NCBI GenBank assembly: GCA_965250285.1
Contig: OZ252299.1
Location: 3,648,001 to 3,712,000 of the forward strand
Reading direction: 5' to 3'
DNA: 64,000 nucleotides
Source of the DNA: Myxococcota bacterium
Lineage (GTDB): Bacteria > Myxococcota_A > UBA9160 > UBA4427
Part shown: positions 59,187-64,000 of the stretch, in pieces
Position numbering within the stretch: the first letter of the stretch is position 1
Layout of the letters: every line of letters starts with the position of its first letter
The notes under the pieces: model-generated
Seen by the model: only the letters and a program-made list of their open reading frames with translations
Databases searched by the model: none
Told to the model about the DNA's origin: nothing
Translations under genes and position numbers: made by a program

Positions 59187-60028
59187 AGATCACGCCGCTC
59201 TCCCCGGTCTTCGGCGCCGACATCGAAGACGTCGATCTCGCAACCGTCGACGATGCGGGCTTCGAACCGATCTACCGAGCCTGGATCGAGCACGGCGTCC
59301 TTCGCTTCCGAGGCCAGAGCCTCGACGACGCCCAGCTCGAGGCCTTCAGCGCGCGGTTCGGCCCACTCGAACGAATCCCCTTGAAGCTGACGCCCGAGCA
59401 GGAGAAGCGGTTCGCGAGTCTGTACGTGACGCCGTTGTCGAACATCACCATCGAAGGTCGACCCATCGGCGGCCTGGGCAATGCCGAGGCCAACTGGCAC
59501 TCGGACATGACGTACCTGCCCGTCCCACCGACTGCGAGCGTGCTGCTGAGCGTCGAGATCCCGGAAGAAGGTGGGGACACGCAGTTCAGCTGTCAGCACG
59601 CCGCACTCGATCGGTTGCCCGCTGCCCTGCGAGCGCGAGTGGATGGCCTGCGCATCAAGCACGACGCGTCGCACACCAGCATCGGAGACCTCCGGGCGGG
59701 CTTCGACGCGATCAGCGATCCGCGCGCGGTGCCCGGCGCTACGCACCCCGCCGTCCGAAGCCACGAAGAGAACGGTCGCGATGCGCTCTACCTGGGCCGC
59801 CGCGAGTTCGCCTACGTCGAAGGTCTCCCGCTCCCCGAGAGCGAGACCTTGCTCGATGAGCTCTGGCAATACGCAGCCCTGCCCGAGCACACGTGGACCC
59901 AGCAGTGGCGCGTCGGCGACGTGATCGTCTGGGACAACCGTCGCGTGCTCCACCGTCGCGACGCGTTTCCGAACCACATGCGTCGGATGCTGCGGCGTTG
60001 CCAGGTGCTCGCGCGCGAGGCGCCCTGA
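59183..60028 (+). CDS. TauD/TfdA family Fe(II)/2-oxoglutarate dioxygenase
   Basis: WHSDMTY (HxD), GGDT.F, HP.VR.H, WDNRRVLHRR; ATGA overlap with selenoprotein stop. Confidence 0.92.
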   Translation: MKITPLSPVFGADIEDVDLATVDDAGFEPIYRAWIEHGVLRFRGQSLDDAQLEAFSARFGPLERIPLKLTPEQEKRFASLYVTPLSNITIEGRPIGGLGNAEANWHSDMTYLPVPPTASVLLSVEIPEEGGDTQFSCQHAALDRLPAALRARVDGLRIKHDASHTSIGDLRAGFDAISDPRAVPGATHPAVRSHEENGRDALYLGRREFAYVEGLPLPESETLLDELWQYAALPEHTWTQQWRVGDVIVWDNRRVLHRRDAFPNHMRRMLRRCQVLAREAP

Positions 60029-60054
60029 CGGCCCGGTTGCGGCAGAATCTCAGC

Positions 60055-62052
60055 ATGTATGATTCTCACTCGCCGTCCGATGAAGGCGCGCGCGAGCGGT
60101 CGCCCTTCGAGCATTTTGCAGCGAGCGCCGCCTTCGTCCTGGTCGCGTTCGCGCTCGGCGCATGCGCAAGACCGGCCGACCCGGCCTTCGACGCCAGCGT
60201 GAGCGGCGCAGAAGCGCGACGGGCTCGATCGGCGCCGACGACTCCCGAGACGCGCGGGGTCGACGTGCTCGCCACGGCGGCCTTCGAAGAAGGCGTGCCC
60301 GGGCGCACCTTCCCGGTCGAGGTGACCGTCGCCGGCGGCGATCACGGCGAGCTGCTCTTCGAGTTCAACGAAACGCACTCACCCGGATCGGGCGCGATGT
60401 GGCGCGCCTCGGAGCTCTCGGCCGCGGTCCAGGCAATGCTCGCGACGAGCGTGCCCCCCGAAGGCCTCGAGATCACGTACTCGGTCGAGGGCGACCTCGA
60501 TGGTCCGAGCGCCGGGGCGCTGCTGACGATCGGCCTCATGGCGGCGATGCAGGGGCACGCCCTGCGCCCCGACGTCACGATGACGGGCACGATCAACCCC
60601 GACGGGTCGATCGGTGCCGTCTCGAAGATCCCCGAGAAGGTGGTCGGTGCGGGCAACGAGGGCATGAAGCTCGTGCTGATCCCGGTGGGCACGCGCCGCG
60701 GCCTGGATGGCCAGGGCCCCGACGTCGTCGAGGTGGGGCGTCGAGTCGGTGTCGAGGTGCGCGAGGTCGCCGACATCTACGAGGCCTATGAAGCCATGAC
60801 CGGGGTCGCATTCGTCGGTGCGGGCGAGGCCGACGACGTACCGACGTATGGCGGCGCGTTCGCTCGGCGCTTCGACGAGAAGTCGGCCGAGTGGCGTGCG
60901 CGCTTCGAGCGCAACGAGGTGGCGCTCATCGAGATCGACCCGAAGCTGCTCGCGCGATTCGGCTCGTTCGCGGCGATGGAGCGCGCCCAGGCCGAGCTGA
61001 AGGCCGCGAACCTGCTTCGCGCCGCCGGCCACCACTCGGCGGCCTACAACACGACGGTGACTGCGACGCGCACGATTGCGGCCGCGCGCCTCGTCCCCGA
61101 GGCCCTCGAGCGGCTCGACGAAAGCGGCGCGGCCTCGGTCGAGGCGTGGCTCGAGCGCGGCGGACACGTCGAGCAGGATCTGATCGCAACGCTCACGCGC
61201 ATTCAGCAGGTCGAGCCACGGACCTTCAACGACCTGACCGCGCTTGCGATCATCTACGCAACCCTGCTCGAGGGCTTCTCGCTCGAGCGGAGCGCGGGGC
61301 GGCTGTTCGACCGCGCGCGCGAGCCCGGCCGCTCCGAGGCCGAAGTCGAAGCCCTGCTCGCCGAAGCGGTTCGTCGCGAGGTCGAGGCGGCGGCCTTCAG
61401 CCTCTTCGCGATCGACTACCTCGACTTTCGAGCGGCGCTCGGCGACGGCGGCCGCGCGGTCGAGGTCGACCTCGATCGGGTCGCCGACCTCCTGCTCCAG
61501 GCGGCCGACGCGAACCTGATGCTCTTCGAGTCGATCACGCTCGCGACCCTGGCCCAGGCGAGCGGCCTGCCGCTCGAAGTCATGCGGAAGCGCTTCGAGT
61601 CGCAGTCGCGAACGTACCGCGAGGTCATGGCCGTCGAGGCGTTCCGCTCGCGCATCGATCCTCACATCAGCGATCCGCGACACCGGGCGCTCGCGCGCGT
61701 CGGCCTCGACCTCTGGCGCTACGTCGGCGCCGCCGAGCTGCTTGCCACGCACTACTCGCTGTCGGTGCGGGTCGACCCCGAGACGCTCGCCGTCGAAGCG
61801 TTCGCGGTGACGCCTCCCCTGGTTGCGATGTTCGAGAGCTCACAGAAGCAGATTCACCGCGCGCTCTACGCCATCGACGAGCTCGACATCGATCCGCAGC
61901 TGGTGCTCGCGATCAACGAGGTCGGCATGGAGGCAGCTCGAAGCGCCGCGGCCCTCGGCAACGGCCCGATGATGATGCGCAGTCTGCGGGCGATGTGGAT
62001 CACGCGCGTGATCACCGAGGCCTTCCTGCTGGGTCTCGAACCCGACACCTGA
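60055..62052 (+). CDS. Lon-type (S16) protease-domain lipoprotein lacking the AAA+ module
   Basis: DGPSAG...MTGTINPDGSIGAVSKIPEK Ser-Lys dyad; LGAC lipobox; helical C-terminal half. Confidence 0.8.
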   Translation: MYDSHSPSDEGARERSPFEHFAASAAFVLVAFALGACARPADPAFDASVSGAEARRARSAPTTPETRGVDVLATAAFEEGVPGRTFPVEVTVAGGDHGELLFEFNETHSPGSGAMWRASELSAAVQAMLATSVPPEGLEITYSVEGDLDGPSAGALLTIGLMAAMQGHALRPDVTMTGTINPDGSIGAVSKIPEKVVGAGNEGMKLVLIPVGTRRGLDGQGPDVVEVGRRVGVEVREVADIYEAYEAMTGVAFVGAGEADDVPTYGGAFARRFDEKSAEWRARFERNEVALIEIDPKLLARFGSFAAMERAQAELKAANLLRAAGHHSAAYNTTVTATRTIAAARLVPEALERLDESGAASVEAWLERGGHVEQDLIATLTRIQQVEPRTFNDLTALAIIYATLLEGFSLERSAGRLFDRAREPGRSEAEVEALLAEAVRREVEAAAFSLFAIDYLDFRAALGDGGRAVEVDLDRVADLLLQAADANLMLFESITLATLAQASGLPLEVMRKRFESQSRTYREVMAVEAFRSRIDPHISDPRHRALARVGLDLWRYVGAAELLATHYSLSVRVDPETLAVEAFAVTPPLVAMFESSQKQIHRALYAIDELDIDPQLVLAINEVGMEAARSAAALGNGPMMMRSLRAMWITRVITEAFLLGLEPDT

Positions 62053-62158
62053 ATGGCGATTGAGGGGGGATCGACCCATACGCGTGTGCCACACCGTCGG
62101 CGTGCCGGTTACTCTGACCCGAAGCGCGTGCGAGCCCGACGCGAGGGAGGAGCGCCTC

Positions 62159-63787
62159 ATGAACCGCATCGTCTGCATCACGGCGGCCCTGGCCGCGCTC
62201 TCGCTGGGCGGCTGTGCCGAGCGTGAGGAGGACACGCCCGCCGCGCAACCGACACCGGATGTGGTGGTGCTCGCGACCGGCGCCGAGATCTCGGGCGCGA
62301 ATGGCATGCATTTCTCACCCGATGGTCGACTCTTCGTCGCTTCCGTCACCGGCTCCGAACTCGTCGTGCTCGACCCCGACACCGGTGCAGTGCTCGAGCG
62401 ACTCGCCGACGGCATCGATGGTCCGGACGACGTCGCCTTCAACGCAGACGGCGACTTCTACTGGACGTCGATCCTGACGGGCGAAGTCGCGGGCATGACC
62501 GCCGACGGCGAGCGCATCCAGGCCGCGTCGCTGACCCCCGGCGTCAACCCGATCACGTTCTCGCCCGACGGACGTCTCTTCGTCTCGCAGTGCTTCTTCG
62601 ACGACAAGCTCTATGAGGTCGATCCACGCGGTGTCGACCCGCCGCGGCTCCTGTCGGACACGCTCGGCCCCGGCTGCGGCCTGAACGGCATGGACTGGGG
62701 CCCCGACGATCGTCTCTACGGCCCGCGCTGGTTCCAGCAGTCGGTCGTGAGCTTCGACGTGGACGAGCTCGACATGCGCGTCGAAGCGAGCGGGTTCGCT
62801 GTGCCGGCCGCGGTCAAGTTCGACTCGCAGGGCCGACTGCACGTCCTCGATACGGGCAAGGGCGCGGTCGTTCGAGTCGATGGCGACGACCAGACCGTCG
62901 TCGCTCAGCTGGCACCCGGCCTCGACAACTTCGCCTTCGACGAGAACGATCGACTCTTCGTCTCGAGCTTCGTCGATGGCGCGGTGTGGCGCGTCGAGCC
63001 CGATGGTGAAGCGGTCGCCCTCGTGCCGCCGGGCATGGCGCATCCGGGCGGGATCGCAGCCGTGCGGAAGGAAGACGGCATCCAGGTCTTCGTGGGCGAC
63101 CTGCACGCCTTGCGGGTCTTCGACGGCACGACGGGCGACCTCGAGTTCGTCGAGCGGAACGTCCTGGGCGTCGGCGAGCTCGGGTCGGTGCTGTCGATTT
63201 CGCGCGACGGCGACCGTCTGATCCTGGCGTCGTTCACCGACGGCGACGTTCGAATCTTCGATCCGGCGACACGGCAGGTGGTCGAGCGATTCGATGGTCT
63301 GACGATGCCCGTGAGCGCTGTCCGCTATGGCCCGATGCTCGTCGTGGCCGAGCACGGGTCGGGCAGCGTGCGCGTCGTCGACGGTGGGCCGGCCGAGACG
63401 CTCGCCCAGGGCCTCCCCGCACCGACCGCTCTGCTCACCGATGGTGAACGCCTCTGGGTCAGCGACCGCGAGCTCGGCCAGGTGCTCCGAATCGCCGAGG
63501 GGGGCGCCGCGATCGAGCCCGTCGTCGAAGCCGAAGGGCTCGCTGCACCCGAGGGCCTCGCGCTCTGGGGCGAGCGACTGCTCGTTCGCGAGGGAGAGTC
63601 GGGGCAGGTGTTCGAGATCGGGGGCGAAGAGCCTCGGCTGCTCGTCACGCTCGGCGCAGGCTCGCCTGCCGCGGGCGCAGCGCAGCCGCCCAGCATGATC
63701 GTGAACGACATCGACGTGGTTGGCGACGTGCTGTTCGGCACCAATGAAGGGCGCCGTGAGCTGGTGCGCGTTGAGCTCGCGGACTGA
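62159..63787 (+). CDS. Beta-propeller lipoprotein (SMP-30/NHL-like repeats)
   Basis: LGGC lipobox; repeated NG..FSPDG.L, PDDVAF, LDNFAFD, PEGLAL blades; GGAGGAG RBS. Confidence 0.8.
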   Translation: MNRIVCITAALAALSLGGCAEREEDTPAAQPTPDVVVLATGAEISGANGMHFSPDGRLFVASVTGSELVVLDPDTGAVLERLADGIDGPDDVAFNADGDFYWTSILTGEVAGMTADGERIQAASLTPGVNPITFSPDGRLFVSQCFFDDKLYEVDPRGVDPPRLLSDTLGPGCGLNGMDWGPDDRLYGPRWFQQSVVSFDVDELDMRVEASGFAVPAAVKFDSQGRLHVLDTGKGAVVRVDGDDQTVVAQLAPGLDNFAFDENDRLFVSSFVDGAVWRVEPDGEAVALVPPGMAHPGGIAAVRKEDGIQVFVGDLHALRVFDGTTGDLEFVERNVLGVGELGSVLSISRDGDRLILASFTDGDVRIFDPATRQVVERFDGLTMPVSAVRYGPMLVVAEHGSGSVRVVDGGPAETLAQGLPAPTALLTDGERLWVSDRELGQVLRIAEGGAAIEPVVEAEGLAAPEGLALWGERLLVREGESGQVFEIGGEEPRLLVTLGAGSPAAGAAQPPSMIVNDIDVVGDVLFGTNEGRRELVRVELAD

Positions 63788-63811
63788 GGGCATGCGAATG
63801 GCCGCGCGGCG

Positions 63812-64000
63812 TCAACGCATCCTCAGGTCTCCGAAGTAGAACCGAGCCACCTCGTTCAGCACGTCGGCACGCTCCCATTGAAGGAAGTGCCCGGCTTCGG
63901 GCACGACGAGCGGGCCCGTTCGATTCGGAAACGCGATCTCGCACTTCTTCGCGAAGTCACGCGGGACGACGTGATCGTCAGGGCCGTACAGGATCAGCGT
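63812..64000 (-). CDS. C-terminus of alpha/beta hydrolase (runs off window)
   Basis: Manual translation TLILYGPDDHVVP...VVPEAGHFLQWERADVLNE...*. Confidence 0.75.
   Translation of the reverse strand, partial: TLILYGPDDHVVPRDFAKKCEIAFPNRTGPLVVPEAGHFLQWERADVLNEVARFYFGDLRMR

Noticed and set aside
1..64000. Mobile elements, prophage, defence systems, CRISPR, rRNA/tRNA
   Set aside because: No transposase, integrase, phage, cas or structural-RNA signatures seen; composition looks uniform.

Overview
A very GC-rich, gene-dense bacterial window with about 55 CDS. PEP-CTERM proteins, lipoproteins, Tat signals and an RND pump point to a Gram-negative organism; the taxon cannot be fixed from sequence alone. 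Most genes are catabolic or detoxifying: two Baeyer-Villiger monooxygenases, several alpha/beta hydrolases, two GSTs, a TfdB-like FAD monooxygenase, TauD, GloB, PhoX, and TetR/MarR/HxlR regulators with visible palindromic operators. I saw no rRNA, tRNA, CRISPR array or mobile element. Four signals are missed or split by the ORF track. (1) A selenoprotein at 57915-59186: a PrdB/GrdB-like protein with an in-frame TGA in a U-P-N-C motif, a SECIS-like hairpin and a long C-terminal extension, coupled to a TauD dioxygenase and lacking its usual reductase partners. (2) An unannotated 47-aa, 13-Cys metallothionein-like peptide (9490-9633, minus strand) directly upstream of a CorE-type Cys-rich ECF sigma factor. 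(3) A Tat-lipoprotein molybdoenzyme with a shortened 7-Cys ferredoxin partner and a hairpin that sequesters the RBS. (4) A cluster of five surface-sorted proteins, including an apparently exported, C-terminally anchored haloalkane dehalogenase. Several genes also look leaderless. All product calls come from motifs read by eye; no database searches were run.
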